Assembly: GCA_041640075.1 (NCBI GenBank)
Contig: JBEQAY010000001.1
Coordinates: 14,845-57,946 of the forward strand
Length of the DNA: 43,102 nucleotides
Reading direction: 5' to 3'
Source of the DNA: Candidatus Nanohaloarchaea archaeon
Lineage (GTDB): Archaea; Nanohalarchaeota; Nanosalinia; Nanosalinales; Nanosalinaceae
The notes under the pieces are model-generated. The model saw nothing but the letters and a program-made list of their open reading frames with translations, was not told the DNA's origin and did not search any database. The position numbers and the translations under genes are program-made. How positions within the stretch are numbered: the first letter of the stretch is position 1; every line of letters begins with the position of its first letter. Shown here in pieces: positions 17,713-27,351 of this stretch.

Positions 17713-18539
17713 TAGTTATTCACGATTGTTACACCTGTGGTTTGGGCTTTGACGTATTTATAACGTATGGTTAAAAACAGGTTTCTCTCCACCTCTCCTG
17801 CGCTCTCTGCCTGGATAGTGCAGGAGAAATCTAGCGAATCTCTGATAACAGGATCCTTAGTAGATGGACACCCATCTCCCACAAATACTGACGAAGGACT
17901 ATACTCGAAGTCATAGCTTCCGTTTATATTACCTGAGCCTTCTTTGGATACCTGGAAATCTATGGTTTTATTCTGACCTAGTGGTATAGGAGTCTCAACC
18001 TCCATATTCACTCCTACCTCCCCATTCGAGAAGCTCATAGCCTGCTTGCTCGTCCTGTTAATCTGATCAAGAGGTTTGAACTTTACAGTCATAGGCTGAT
18101 AATTCTCTATTATAGAATCGTACGGAATAGTTACAGATATAGTGGACTGTCTCTGATTAAAACCACCAATCTGTTCCTGTGATGGGGCAGTAACTCTCCA
18201 GCTACACTCCATAACCGGGTAGACACCCTGTTGAGCTGTTTCAATTTCTTCAGGAGTACAGGACTTATCAGAACTTTCCAGAAGCCCTAAATTATATAGA
18301 CTGATATCTCCAATATCTATATCGTTTCTGTGGTAGTTCTTCAGAGTTAACTCCACGTTTATAGTCTGTCCAGGACTTAATGTCTGATCGCTAACTCTGA
18401 AATCCGTTATCTCTAAGCCTTTACCAGATACCTGTTCTGGCGCCGAAGTTGGCGTTCCTTGATTTCCTCCAACCGGGAGCTGTGAGCACCCTGATACGAT
18501 TATAACCGCTGCGATAGTCAACAGTATTTTACCGTCCAC
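17712..18539 (-). CDS. Putative lipoprotein, paralog family member 2
   Basis: IIVSGC lipobox-like motif; GTG start; overlaps both neighbouring genes. Confidence 0.85.
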   Translation of the reverse strand: MDGKILLTIAAVIIVSGCSQLPVGGNQGTPTSAPEQVSGKGLEITDFRVSDQTLSPGQTINVELTLKNYHRNDIDIGDISLYNLGLLESSDKSCTPEEIETAQQGVYPVMECSWRVTAPSQEQIGGFNQRQSTISVTIPYDSIIENYQPMTVKFKPLDQINRTSKQAMSFSNGEVGVNMEVETPIPLGQNKTIDFQVSKEGSGNINGSYDFEYSPSSVFVGDGCPSTKDPVIRDSLDFSCTIQAESAGEVERNLFLTIRYKYVKAQTTGVTIVNN

Positions 18540-19578
18540 GATACATCACCCTTACATTCCTTGTACCTACATCTTTAACGTACGAGTAATTTGATCTTGC
18601 GAAAACCTCTCCCCGGATGCTGGGGACCGGGACACCGCCTTGTTGCAAGCTCCAGTCGATCTCACACCTGAAAACTTTGGAGCCGCCTTCATAGATGCGT
18701 AGATTTCCACTTAAAGGTACATCTCCCGGTCTTGGACATAAAGGCACTTCATTTCCTTCATTTACACTTGAAGGGTCGACGCCATCCATCCGACGTGCGA
18801 TACTCTTAGCTACTTCTTTTCTTTCTTCGCTCATATTTGATGTTATTTCCACGTCTTCAAAACTTACACCTCTGGCATCCATTGCCGGAGGAGCCAATTC
18901 TACAGTACCTGTATAGGAACTTTCTTCAGGATTCTTGTTTTCAAGCTGTACCAGTATCTCCGCATTGTCTCCTTCGAGAAATGTTGGAGCTCCTCTTTCG
19001 GAGCTACTACCTATAGTTTCCATCTCGATCTTCATGGGTCCCTGTGAGGACTTTGAGAAAAGCTCTTCAGTCCCCTGTACATCATCATTCGTTTTTACTT
19101 GTAGCTGCCTGAAGGCCTCGACGCTGTAATCGAAAGGTACCTCAAACTTCAGCTGGCAGTCATAACCATTCAAAGGAACGTTACCTGTACTCTGCTCTAG
19201 CTCCCAGTTCATCTGTATGCTGTAGCCAGGAGCAAGACCGTAACTGCCTTCCGTATCTGAAACATTGGAACTTGAGGCAGAGAAATCCGAGATATCGAAA
19301 ATATCTGGACAGTGGTTTGTAAGTATCTGGTTCCCGTCGACATCACCATCAGAACTCCCCAATTCAACCTTTGCTGGAAGTTCTCCAGAATTCGTTACGC
19401 CCATCCTTACTCTTACAGTTGATCCAGCTCTAATTTCACTAGGGGTTACCTGCAACTGGTCAACGGTTATCGCCTGGCCGCCCTGAGTCTGAGTGCCCTG
19501 GCCGCCGCCTCCACCGATGCAGCCTGATGCTACTACGGAGGCTGCGAATATACATAAGATTACTAAACGCTGGTTCAT
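18529..19578 (-). CDS. Putative lipoprotein, paralog family member 1
   Basis: VVASGC lipobox-like motif followed by a Gly linker; TTTTTAA box ~26 nt upstream. Confidence 0.85.
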   Translation of the reverse strand: MNQRLVILCIFAASVVASGCIGGGGGQGTQTQGGQAITVDQLQVTPSEIRAGSTVRVRMGVTNSGELPAKVELGSSDGDVDGNQILTNHCPDIFDISDFSASSSNVSDTEGSYGLAPGYSIQMNWELEQSTGNVPLNGYDCQLKFEVPFDYSVEAFRQLQVKTNDDVQGTEELFSKSSQGPMKIEMETIGSSSERGAPTFLEGDNAEILVQLENKNPEESSYTGTVELAPPAMDARGVSFEDVEITSNMSEERKEVAKSIARRMDGVDPSSVNEGNEVPLCPRPGDVPLSGNLRIYEGGSKVFRCEIDWSLQQGGVPVPSIRGEVFARSNYSYVKDVGTRNVRVMYRGR

Positions 19579-19591
19579 CCAATTACTGTTT

Positions 19592-20392
19592 ATGATAGAT
19601 CCTGTTAAAAACTTTCTATTCGAGAAGTTCTGGCTCCCTATAATAGATGAGTCAGTGTACTACAATCCGTACAACACCATAGTTTACGCTCTACTTTTCG
19701 GATTTTTGGTTCTATACGTACTCTACCCGCTTGTCAAGAAGATGAATATAGAGATCGACAGAAGATTCATTATCGGCTTCACACCTTTCATAGTGTTTGG
19801 CGGAGCGCTCAGAACTTTGAAAGATGTCGATGCCATAAATACAATACTGCTTGAAACACCTTTCATCTACCTCATACTTTTCGGAACAGGTACATCCCTG
19901 CTCTACCTAGCCGGGAAAATTGAGGAAATGACTGATATCGCATACCAGAGAACACTTGCCGGATCAGGAATCTTCCTGACACTGGCAATACTACCCTTCT
20001 TCAAACTGAAGGAACCTCTCGCCCTCATACTTTTTACAGGCAGCACTATCACCTGGATGACTGCAGGCTACCTATATCTAAAGTACAGGAAACCTGAATT
20101 TCTTTCATGGGACTTTACACTCCCGGTAGCCGCACATTATCTCGACGCCACATCCACATTTACGGCACTACAATTCGGAGCAGAGGAGAAACATGTACTT
20201 GGAAGAGCTTTCATCGACATTTTCGGCAGTGGCGGCATGTTCATCCTCAAAACCCTGGTTATAGTGCCTGTCGTTCTCTATATAGTAAGGAACTTTGAAG
20301 GGGAGGAGAAAACTTTCTATATCTTCATTATAACCCTGCTTGGACTGGGGATCGCAACTCGAAATATTTTACAGACAGTAGCTTTAGGTTAG
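19592..20392 (+). CDS. DUF63 family polytopic membrane protein
   Basis: YNPYNTIVYA, PFIVFGGALRxLxD, TPxIY, AHxLDATST and EKHVL motifs; ATG at 19592. Confidence 0.85.
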   Translation: MIDPVKNFLFEKFWLPIIDESVYYNPYNTIVYALLFGFLVLYVLYPLVKKMNIEIDRRFIIGFTPFIVFGGALRTLKDVDAINTILLETPFIYLILFGTGTSLLYLAGKIEEMTDIAYQRTLAGSGIFLTLAILPFFKLKEPLALILFTGSTITWMTAGYLYLKYRKPEFLSWDFTLPVAAHYLDATSTFTALQFGAEEKHVLGRAFIDIFGSGGMFILKTLVIVPVVLYIVRNFEGEEKTFYIFIITLLGLGIATRNILQTVALG

Positions 20393-23238
20393 CGATCAAA
20401 TTCGCCACCGTAACACCTGACGTTGCTCCCTGTGGTAACGACAACACCATCACCACATGAGCTAACTACACTGCTCAACTGTCCTTCAAAGAACGGCAGT
20501 CTCTCAATCCATGTACTGCACTGAACGGAATTTGCTCCAATTTTCACCGGTTTCCTTCCATCATTTTCTTCATCCCAGACACTCATGTAATTTTCTGCGG
20601 CCTCTTCCATACTGCTTACATCGCTCTTGTAATTTTTTTCCTCAGTACAGATCTCATGTCTTATCTGCTCTATCTGAACGTTGCCGGGACTACTCTGGTC
20701 CTGGTAAAATATTATCCCATCCGCCCGGGTGTGACGTCTTTCAAGACGTGGTGCTCCTACAGGATCACTTGGATCCACAAGAAGATTGCCAGTCTTTGAC
20801 GCGATATGACTAAAGAGACCCTGCAACTCCCTGTCCTCATTAAGTAAGTTGCTTGCCTCCATAGCAGTTTTCCCCTGATCGATAGTCACAGGGCGTCCAT
20901 CAACCATCACCAGGTTCGGTTCACGCCAGCCGGAACTGCCTTGATCAGGATCCCTCAATGCACAACCATCTCTAGCGTCGATTGAATTCTCTGATGAACA
21001 AGTACTATACAGGTTGTATGGACTGGATTCATTGTACTCCTCTGTCACCAGCAAAGGACAGTTAAAACGAGTACACAAGGTATTCTGGACATCAAACCCT
21101 GTCATACTATCTTCCTTTACTATAGTGTAATTACCATCAATCCTCATAACAAGCTGCTCCCCTGTAGGACTTATCTGTCCGAGATCCTCCTCTTCTATCT
21201 TCATTGTACATCTAAGAGGTGCAGGCTCCACATCAGCACTGAACCAGCTATTACTCTGTCTGCGAGTAATCCTCTCCTTAGCATTTTCAGAGACCTCGTA
21301 ATAGTCCTCTCCCATATCGGAGTCCTGTTGCAAGCCGACACAGGTATCTGCGTGAGTGGTTACAGATGAGTCCACAATTTGAATGGATTCAGGACGAACC
21401 TTGTATTTGGAATTGAAACCCGGAGTCTCAAAACCAAATCTTGCAGCGAACGGAACAGCTCTTCTATCACCAGTCTCTGTCTCATAGAACGTAATCGGGG
21501 AGTTCACATTAACATAGGACTGTACAGGAGTATCAGCCGTCTCAGACTTCTTAAATCCAGGGTCAATGTTCTCTTCCCGTCTATACTGACGTGACATCGC
21601 ATCAACGTATAGAGTTGCCTGGGAGGCATAGTTGTATCGAACCTGTAGCTCCATCACCCTATCAACTCCTAGAGATGGCTGCAGGAGCTGGCAGTCCCCC
21701 AAATTTAGTTCCTCTAGAGAACCGGTAGGGGATACACCTAGACCAGGAAGAATATAGTTCCTGCCGTCATCGAAACTACTGATATTATTCCAGCCAGTAG
21801 TACAGTAAGTTTTCTGTGAGTCAACTATTGAAATTCTGTAACTCACGTTACGTGCATTGATTCCCTTCAAGCCGTTACGCGTATTCTCAACGAGGAAATT
21901 CACAGGCAATGTATAATCCGCCTCTTTGTAGGCCACATCAATTGTATCAGTACCTAATCCGAAATCAGATATCTGCAGCTCGTAGCGCTCACCTCTAGCC
22001 TCAGAACCTGGCCTGACAGTATTGTTCATCTGCCACTGTCTGAAACACTGTGGACCCTTAGCCATACAACCTAGCTTTGCAAAAGCCTGGTTTGCAGCCC
22101 TCATCTGAGGTGCAAACATATCTCCCTGGAAGAGTGTGACTCCTGCTTCAGAATTAGCTGCCTCTGTACCTAAAAAGTCCGCCCAAGCACCACCTACGCC
22201 TAATGCACCAAGAACCGGACCTGCAACGATAGGAATCACCTGTGCTATCATACCCCAAGTTACCACCACAAGAACCAGAGAAATAATACCAGCTATAAGA
22301 GTATAAACAATCCAGGCAACCAGTAATACCACAGCTACTGGAGCTGCTGTACCTAAAGCACTGGCAACTCCTGAACCTGCAACAAGTCCTCCTAGACCTT
22401 CAGCTGCAGCCGCTTCACCAGCAGCTGCTTCTCCTGCTGCAGCTTCTCCACCGATCATACCACTGGCAGTCTCTATATGGGAAGCTGATGTGACTGCAGT
22501 TTCAGCCATTTCCTTAGCTTCCATACCTGTTTGAGCTGCGCCTCTAGCTGCTTCACCGGCTGCAGCAGCACCACCGGCAGCTGCACCAGCAGCTGCAGCA
22601 CCGCCTTTTCCTAAGTTTTTCGCCTGCTTCACTGCATGATCTGATGCCTTCCAGAACTTACTTCCATCACCCAAAAACTCGAAAGCAAGCGAAGAAATGA
22701 AAATAGTCACTATAAAAGGCACTGAAATGAAAAGCAAAGTAGGAATAAACTCTATAAACCCTGTAAGACTCAATAATTGTGTTGGATCCTGAACTAAAGC
22801 CAGTACTGTACTCGGGAAGTTAAAGAACCATACAATACCTATAAAGAGTGCTACATAACGGATCTTGTATCGATTTACAAAACCTATGCCAGACTTAACG
22901 GTTGAAATAGCGCCTCCATCTTCATCATCGTCATCTTCCTCTTCTTTACCGCCATATCCATGCATGTCGGAGTAAGTAGTGTTACTATGGCTTTTGATAT
23001 TGTGAACTCCCTGATAATACATTAATTCAAAAAATCGGAATGTCCCGCCCAATGCGCCTATAACGGCTTTGAACGGCCAAGCTATCAACCCAATTGCAGC
23101 CTTGATACTGAAAGTCATCGCCTTTATGTAAAATTTTCCGATTTTGCTGAAAAACCAGATATAGAAGTAAATTATGAGGGAGAATCCTAGAGTGAAAGGA
23201 GATAGAAGTAATGCTATTCCCCAGCCTTTCAGACTCAT
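20389..23238 (-). CDS. Large multi-TM protein with an Ala/Gly-rich segment and a Cys-rich extracellular region related to the lipoproteins
   Basis: 949-aa ORF; several TM segments; AAAAGE repeats; VRYNYASQA...PVQSYV...SPI motifs. Confidence 0.85.
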   Translation of the reverse strand: MSLKGWGIALLLSPFTLGFSLIIYFYIWFFSKIGKFYIKAMTFSIKAAIGLIAWPFKAVIGALGGTFRFFELMYYQGVHNIKSHSNTTYSDMHGYGGKEEEDDDDEDGGAISTVKSGIGFVNRYKIRYVALFIGIVWFFNFPSTVLALVQDPTQLLSLTGFIEFIPTLLFISVPFIVTIFISSLAFEFLGDGSKFWKASDHAVKQAKNLGKGGAAAAGAAAGGAAAAGEAARGAAQTGMEAKEMAETAVTSASHIETASGMIGGEAAAGEAAAGEAAAAEGLGGLVAGSGVASALGTAAPVAVVLLVAWIVYTLIAGIISLVLVVVTWGMIAQVIPIVAGPVLGALGVGGAWADFLGTEAANSEAGVTLFQGDMFAPQMRAANQAFAKLGCMAKGPQCFRQWQMNNTVRPGSEARGERYELQISDFGLGTDTIDVAYKEADYTLPVNFLVENTRNGLKGINARNVSYRISIVDSQKTYCTTGWNNISSFDDGRNYILPGLGVSPTGSLEELNLGDCQLLQPSLGVDRVMELQVRYNYASQATLYVDAMSRQYRREENIDPGFKKSETADTPVQSYVNVNSPITFYETETGDRRAVPFAARFGFETPGFNSKYKVRPESIQIVDSSVTTHADTCVGLQQDSDMGEDYYEVSENAKERITRRQSNSWFSADVEPAPLRCTMKIEEEDLGQISPTGEQLVMRIDGNYTIVKEDSMTGFDVQNTLCTRFNCPLLVTEEYNESSPYNLYSTCSSENSIDARDGCALRDPDQGSSGWREPNLVMVDGRPVTIDQGKTAMEASNLLNEDRELQGLFSHIASKTGNLLVDPSDPVGAPRLERRHTRADGIIFYQDQSSPGNVQIEQIRHEICTEEKNYKSDVSSMEEAAENYMSVWDEENDGRKPVKIGANSVQCSTWIERLPFFEGQLSSVVSSCGDGVVVTTGSNVRCYGGEFDR

Positions 23239-24377
23239 TCCTCGCTCACCTCACTTGAGACCAGTTTGACATTATTTAATGTAAATGAACCCTGACCTCT
23301 GAAGCGGAGATCGTCATCTTGGGAGAACGCTCCCTCAGGTATATCTATCCTGTTCTGGCCGTTTACAGGTGATAGAGTGGTATTGAACGATCCCAGGAAT
23401 ATATCTAGAGTCTTTGAACCTGATAGCTGCTGGTAGTCAAATGAAATCTGCTCTCTAGTATTTTCCCTGCTCACGTAGTTTTCCTGCGTCTCGTTCATGT
23501 AAATTGTAACGTTTTTGTCCGTTGAGCGAGTGGTACCAACGTATCTTACTGTTAGCTGAGAGTTTTCGAGAGTGTATTTAGCGTCAGCATCTGTCTTGAA
23601 CTCAAGAGTGTTGTAACCCGGTGCTAGAACATTCCTTGGCAGGCTAATCTGCTGTGTTGATCTTACCGCGTCCCTACTGAACACTTGCTCGTCATTTACT
23701 TCTATTTCAAGCGGTGCAGTGATTACCGAGGAGTCTGTGGGAATATTAAAGGTTAGATTGGCCTCCATGAAGTCCTTAAGTTCGTACTGGTACATCTGGA
23801 AGTTACTGACGTGATCGTTAAACTTTCTATCGTTCACAGTCACCTCAAGATCTTCGAGAGCGTATTCTGTTGTGCCCAGGAGCCCGCCTTTGTTGACACC
23901 TATCTTTATCTCGTTCATTCCGCTGTCAAGATTTCCTTCACTTATCTCCACGGCTTCAGTGGCAGATGTAACCAGCTGGTTTTCGAATACTTTTTCTCCG
24001 TTAGATTTGACGTAGAGTGCTCCTGATCCCTCCTTTCCAAGTACTTCAAAGGATACTTCGGCTTCGGTAGGTTGTGTACCATTGTATAGCACCGTTACAG
24101 TGTTTCCTGAGAAAAGGCTGTTCTTCAGTGTTTCCTGATCGGATTGATAGGCCTGTATCTGTCCCCGTCCTTCTCCTATGTTGAATGTTCCAAAGTTGAC
24201 AGTTCTTATATCGGTTGTTGCTCCGCCGATTTCCCCGAAGCTCTCCGAGGCCAGGATCATGCTGTCAGGCTGCGTATTGCCGAACTGGAGACCTATGTCC
24301 TGGGCAGCTATCATCATTAAGCCAAAGAATGTGAGGCCGATCGCTACCACTACCCCGAATCGTTCTGCCATATACAT
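23235..24377 (-). CDS. Membrane-anchored beta-rich hypothetical protein with 2-3 internal repeats
   Basis: N-terminal TM; repeated LxxxxNxxxVF...LxxGxNxI...YxLE units; 4-bp overlap with the 949-aa gene. Confidence 0.8.
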   Translation of the reverse strand: MYMAERFGVVVAIGLTFFGLMMIAAQDIGLQFGNTQPDSMILASESFGEIGGATTDIRTVNFGTFNIGEGRGQIQAYQSDQETLKNSLFSGNTVTVLYNGTQPTEAEVSFEVLGKEGSGALYVKSNGEKVFENQLVTSATEAVEISEGNLDSGMNEIKIGVNKGGLLGTTEYALEDLEVTVNDRKFNDHVSNFQMYQYELKDFMEANLTFNIPTDSSVITAPLEIEVNDEQVFSRDAVRSTQQISLPRNVLAPGYNTLEFKTDADAKYTLENSQLTVRYVGTTRSTDKNVTIYMNETQENYVSRENTREQISFDYQQLSGSKTLDIFLGSFNTTLSPVNGQNRIDIPEGAFSQDDDLRFRGQGSFTLNNVKLVSSEVSEE

Positions 24378-24424
24378 TAAGGATTGTTTTGAGGGTTTTT
24401 ATTGTTAGGCAGGTAATCAAGAGT

Positions 24425-25414
24425 ATGGAGATTTTAAAATCAGACAGGAGAGACGGGTACGTCAACGTTGAGATAGAGAACGAAGACGATCTGTGGTACC
24501 TGAAGGATATAATCAAGAAAGGGGACTTATTGAAGACCCGGACGATGAGGACCAAGCTGGACGGCCGGGAGAAGAAAGCCGTCACTTTGGATCTGGAGGC
24601 CGAGAAAATAGAGTACCAGGAGAACCGGCTCCGGGTCACAGGAGAGATCAAGAAAGGGGCGGAGGATATCGAGATGGGATACCACACTTTCAACCTTGAA
24701 CCAGGTAAAGAGTTCGAGATATGGAAGGATTTTACCGATGAAGAATGGGAGCTTCTGCAGGAGGCTGAAAGCCACAAATCCTACAAGGTACTTTTCTGCC
24801 TGGTGCAGAAAGGTGAGGCAGATTTCTTCGTGGTCGAGGAATCCGGTATAAAGGATCTATCAAAGGTCGATGTGAACGTTCCTGGAAAGCTTTACAGCGA
24901 TCAGGAGACCGGCGAAACGTTTTACAGAGAGGTGAAGGACGTTATCTCACGGAGCATCAGGGATGTCGACTACCTTGTGCTCGGAGGTCCGGGCTTCGAG
25001 AAAGATAAAGTCAAGAACATGCTTGATGAGGAAGAACTTGAGAAAACCTTCATGCAGGACACCTCTGTAACAGGACGCACAGGCCTGAACGAGGCCATAA
25101 AGCGAGGCGCACTTGACAAAGTCGTGAAAGATTCTCGTATTTCCAGAGAATCAGAAGTAGTAGAGAACCTGCTTGAATCCATCCGTGAAAATGGAGAAGC
25201 TACCTACGGAGATGGCGTAGACGAGCTAGCAGACCAGGGTGCAGTAGAAACCCTCCTACTTACGTCGGAAACCTACCGTGAAAACCCGGATCTAGCGGAG
25301 AAAACCGAGCAGATGGGTGGAGAGGTCGAAGTAGTTCATACCGACCATGAAGCAGGTGAAAGACTTGAGAACCTTGGCGGGAAAGCCGCAATTCTGAGAT
25401 ATAATCCGGGTTGA
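24425..25414 (+). CDS. pelA: mRNA surveillance protein pelota
   Basis: ENEDDLWYL, RLRVTGEI, GYHTFNLE, GPGFEK, GAVETLLL and LxxLGGKAAILRY motifs. Confidence 0.95.
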   Translation: MEILKSDRRDGYVNVEIENEDDLWYLKDIIKKGDLLKTRTMRTKLDGREKKAVTLDLEAEKIEYQENRLRVTGEIKKGAEDIEMGYHTFNLEPGKEFEIWKDFTDEEWELLQEAESHKSYKVLFCLVQKGEADFFVVEESGIKDLSKVDVNVPGKLYSDQETGETFYREVKDVISRSIRDVDYLVLGGPGFEKDKVKNMLDEEELEKTFMQDTSVTGRTGLNEAIKRGALDKVVKDSRISRESEVVENLLESIRENGEATYGDGVDELADQGAVETLLLTSETYRENPDLAEKTEQMGGEVEVVHTDHEAGERLENLGGKAAILRYNPG

Positions 25415-26548
25415 TCACTGAAGCCGCTCAGCATCTTCTCTGGATCCTAAAGTTACCGGTATCTTCATCTCCTCTCCATCCCTGATAACTGTAACGTTCA
25501 CCGTTTCTCCGACCTCTGGACCTGACTGTAGATAGGTTAGTATATCGCCTATACCCTCCATTCTGCGATCATTTATACCTGTTATAACGTCCCCTCCCAC
25601 AGTGATGTTCTGCCTGTTGATCTGAACTGTTCTATTACCGCTCTTTAAACCTGCTTCATAAGCAGGTCCGTCCTCCACAACATTCATAACCAGGAAACCG
25701 GAGGCATTCGAAAGATTCATCTCACTGGCAATCTCTGGTGTAACAGTAAGCCCTGAAACTCCAAGCCAAGGATACTCGAAATCCTGCCTGTCATCAATTA
25801 TATCCGGAACCACGTTCTCAACTATATTTACAGGTATAGCAAATCCTATCCCAGAAAAAGTTCCTGAACGGCTTTCTATAGCAGTGTTTACACCTATAAC
25901 CTCTCCTTCAATATTCAGCAGAGGTCCTCCAGAGTTACCAGGGTTTATAGCAGCATCAGTCTGCAGAACATTTGGTATAGAAAAACCTGTACCGGTTGGA
26001 AGCATTCGACCTTTCTGCGACACTATTCCTGCAGTCATCGTTCCTCTTAACCCAAATGGATTTCCAACTGCGACTGCTGTCTGACCTACATCTACTTCAG
26101 AAAGGTTTCCAAGTTCAAGGGGCTCGAGATTATTTTTACTGGCTTTAAGAACTGCAATATCATTATTTTGATCCGTACCGACTATTTCAGCGCTCTGAGT
26201 TGTTCCATCAGTAAAAGTTACTCTTACCTGGTCTGATCCTTCTATTACATGCTCATTGGTGACTATGTGACCTCTTTCATCATATACAAAACCTGATCCC
26301 TGCGCATTTTCAGATCCTCTGGAAGTTATGGAGACCACAGACTGATCTATATCCTGGAAGAGACCTGAAAGCTGCTGGTTTTGATCAGAACTGTTTACAT
26401 GTACAACTTTCCGCGGTTCATCGATACGATCCTCCAGCTGATCCATCCTACTATCCACGACCTGAAAACTGGCAAAGCCTCCTATAACCGCTCCCACTAG
26501 GACCAGAGCAGAGGCAAAAGTAAAAGCAGAAAATCTGTCAACTTCCAT
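25415..26548 (-). CDS. htrA: HtrA/DegP-family trypsin-like serine protease with PDZ domain
   Basis: GSGFV, TNEHV, DIAVLK, QTDAAINPGNSGGPL, C-terminal PDZ and N-terminal TM. Confidence 0.95.
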   Translation of the reverse strand: MEVDRFSAFTFASALVLVGAVIGGFASFQVVDSRMDQLEDRIDEPRKVVHVNSSDQNQQLSGLFQDIDQSVVSITSRGSENAQGSGFVYDERGHIVTNEHVIEGSDQVRVTFTDGTTQSAEIVGTDQNNDIAVLKASKNNLEPLELGNLSEVDVGQTAVAVGNPFGLRGTMTAGIVSQKGRMLPTGTGFSIPNVLQTDAAINPGNSGGPLLNIEGEVIGVNTAIESRSGTFSGIGFAIPVNIVENVVPDIIDDRQDFEYPWLGVSGLTVTPEIASEMNLSNASGFLVMNVVEDGPAYEAGLKSGNRTVQINRQNITVGGDVITGINDRRMEGIGDILTYLQSGPEVGETVNVTVIRDGEEMKIPVTLGSREDAERLQ

Positions 26549-26634
26549 GGAACTGATTCGAAACTCCAGTATTTTATAACCTGAACCCACCAACCAGTAA
26601 GCTCTTTTTAACCTTCTCCGAGAAAAAACCAGTT

Positions 26635-27015
26635 GTGAAAGACAAAATCTTCAGCTTCACACCTCTCGGCAGAGCAGATCTCCTGCTCGAAGAATTCATA
26701 GGAGAAAACCCGAAGAAAGAACAGAAAGAATTCCAGGCATACGAGACCGCACTCGCCAAGTACCGGAATCTTAAGCTCTTCCAGATAATAGTCAAAATCC
26801 TGCTCTACGCCGGACTAATAACATCAATAGTCGCATCACTCGGATTCCAGCAGATAAGGATAATCAACCAGATCGCATCCTACATCGGTGTAACCTTCCT
26901 TCTAATCGCCTACGTCGCCGTAAACTACTTCACAATGATCTACCGAGAAGAATACCACGTCAGAAGAGAAATACTCGTATCAAAAACAGAAATAAGACAA
27001 GAAAAACCAGAATAA
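26635..27015 (+). CDS. Small two-TM membrane protein
   Basis: 126-aa ORF with two hydrophobic helices; TTTTTAA box upstream; exact start uncertain. Confidence 0.65.
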   Translation: MKDKIFSFTPLGRADLLLEEFIGENPKKEQKEFQAYETALAKYRNLKLFQIIVKILLYAGLITSIVASLGFQQIRIINQIASYIGVTFLLIAYVAVNYFTMIYREEYHVRREILVSKTEIRQEKPE

Positions 27016-27022
27016 CTCATAA

Positions 27023-27103
27023 AAGCCATGTAAAACATGGCTTCGGCATGATGAAATTCGAAACTCAAAGAGTTTCTGCTTTCACAGAAAATCTAAGATT
27101 TTC
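27023..27103. repeat. Cluster of three short perfect hairpins downstream of tRNA-Ser
   Basis: AAGCCATGT-aaa-ACATGGCTT 27023-27043; GAAACTC-aaa-GAGTTTC 27060-27076; GAAAATC-taa-GATTTTC 27087-27103. Confidence 0.85.
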
Positions 27104-27125
27104 GAGAACTTTGTCACAGAAGTTT

Positions 27126-27211
27126 CGCCGAGGCTGGGATTTGAACCCAGGAGGGCAGTGACGCCCACCACCTTTCCAGGGTGGCACCTTTAGCCACTCA
27201 GTCACCTCGGC
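27126..27211 (-). tRNA. tRNA-Ser(GGA); no intron, CCA not encoded
   Basis: GCCGAGG/CCTCGGC acceptor stem; CCACC-CTGGAAA-GGTGG anticodon arm; long variable arm; GGTTCAAATCC T-arm; G discriminator. Confidence 0.97.
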
Positions 27212-27267
27212 AAATAGCATATTTGCTTGAGGTCGAGAAAACTCGTTCGAGTTTTCGACCCTCGGCA
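27205..27267. repeat. Double-hairpin insert flanked by the 8-bp direct repeat CCTCGGCA (tRNA 5' end)
   Basis: Repeat copies at 27205-27212 and 27260-27267; hairpins at 27210-27226 and 27237-27256. Confidence 0.75.
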
Positions 27268-27351
27268 TACTATCTATGTAGAAAAGTCTTCGATACACTT
27301 TTTTATTTGGGTCTGTAACTTAATCAGATTCAATCCTTGAGTTTGATTCCA

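Noticed and set aside
24403..24420. TGTTA half-site upstream of pelota as a fifth operator
   Set aside because: The second half reads ATCAA at the N8 spacing, not TAACA
24265..24777. 170-aa minus-strand ORF and the many other antisense ORFs in the track
   Set aside because: Ser/Phe-rich shadows of acidic genes on the opposite strand; no independent motifs
27065..27298. 77-aa ORF
   Set aside because: It spans tRNA-Ser and the hairpins; spurious
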